Assembly: GCA_951804945.1 (NCBI GenBank)
Contig: OX638149.1
Span: forward strand, 94,736,001-94,800,000
Direction of reading: 5' to 3'
From: Podarcis cretensis
Lineage: Eukaryota
Length of the DNA: 64,000 nucleotides
A model generated the notes under the pieces. That model saw only the letters and a list, made by a program, of their open reading frames with translations. It ran no database searches and had not been told where the DNA came from. Shown in pieces: positions 62,921 to 64,000 of this stretch. The translations under genes were made by a program, and so were the position numbers. How positions within the stretch are numbered: the stretch's first letter is position 1; each line of letters begins with the position of its first letter.

Positions 62921-63799
62921 AAAAAAAACCCAACCCTATCAGACCCGTGACTTGAGATCATAGGACAAACGAAAGTGTAGATGGTCCCTTACAATCCATC
63001 CAGTCACGGAGACCTAACGAATAATTTCAGTGCCTCCCCAAGATTGCCATTTTCTATAGAAGATATATTCAATGCACTTCTAAGCTTCTGTTTGAACAAC
63101 ATCACCATGGAAACAGATCTGTGATGCCCTGCACCTTCATCAGCACTTCTGTATTTAAATGCTCTTCTTGAATTTTCAACAAAGCCATTCAGTGAACCTT
63201 AACTAATCTAAGATTCTGTTCGGATTCTCTCTTCCCGCTCTCTGCCTTCAAAAGATACTTTCCCACCATCAGTCCTAGAGTTCTGACACAACCCGATTCC
63301 TTGCGTCCTAGCTCAATATCTTTAGTGCTCTATTCACTACTACACAACCAAAAGTGGAATTATTTTGATTTAAACTGCACATTTTCAAAAGCTAACCTTT
63401 GAATTTTTATTTTCCAAAAGGCTAGAAACTATTTTGCACCAATGACCTGCGTACAACTATACTTCTCTAAGATTTATGGCTGATAAGCAAGCTGCTTTTG
63501 TTGTTCAATCACAGCTTTCCTTACTCAATACAAAATCACATTGTATTGTGCTTGGGATGTTGAAATTTCTGACAATGATTAGCTCAGCTGATACGATGGA
63601 ATGGAATGTTGACTTGCTCAGGGAGCTAAATAGTTGACAGTCCAGATTCTGTGAAGGAAGGAAAATATGTCCATTTTCTTGGCATTAAAACGTCAAAGAG
63701 CCAGGCTGATGACTGGGATGAAGTCTTGACACACTGAGCCTGTATACACATTATAATTTTCTCTTGTCCTAGTGTGCTCGCACAGCTGGCTTTTGAATC

Positions 63800-64000
63800 G
63801 GTGCACTGCCTTGTCGTGGCGAAGGGGCTTGAATAACTCAGAGAAGCTATGAGCTATGCCGTGCAGGGCCACCCAAGACGGACAGGTCACAGTGGAGAGT
63901 TTTGACCAAACATGATCCGCCTGGAGCAGGAACCAGCAAGCCACTCCAGTATCCCTGCCAAGAAAACTCCATGGACAAGGACAACAGGCAGGAAGATGAG
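63800..64000 (+). mobile_element. 5' region of an RTE-clade (BovB-like) LINE, running off the window
   Basis: cactgccttgtcgtggcgaaggggcttg...gccgtgcagggccacccaagacggacaggtca..gtggagagttttgac...ggagcaggaaccagcaagccactccagtatccctgccaagaaaactccatggac resembles the BovB 5'UTR / Bov-A segment. Confidence 0.8.

Noticed and set aside
1-64000. CRISPR arrays, operons or other prokaryotic systems
   Set aside because: The sequence is intron-rich vertebrate DNA with no repeat-spacer arrays or long uninterrupted ORFs.

Overview
Vertebrate genomic DNA, almost certainly from a squamate reptile and probably a lizard, judged from Sauria SINEs, squamate L2/CR1/BovB-type LINE remnants and MITEs. The window holds the 5' coding part of the long myosin light chain kinase gene MYLK on the minus strand. 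I traced nine coding exons by hand: 35131-35295, 18990-19197, 16802-16850, 13772-13937, 12619-12784, 9549-9585, 6889-7472, 5716-5919 and 4441-4575. All have GT-AG boundaries and consistent phases, and together they give 1714 nt (571 codons + 1 nt) covering the N-terminus, Ig1-Ig3 and the start of Ig4. The gene continues beyond position 1; its promoter and non-coding 5' exons could not be placed. The rest is intronic or upstream DNA with many transposon remnants. I found no clearly new protein-coding system. The best leads are at the RNA level. First, a back-spliced circle of the first two coding exons would be a stop-free 381-nt reading frame. Second, near-identical young Sauria SINEs sit in inverted orientation around the Ig1 exon. 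Third, the orthologue of the regulated cassette exon 11 has a weak tandem acceptor, lacks one Src-site tyrosine and is flanked by hairpin MITEs. These are hypotheses from sequence alone.
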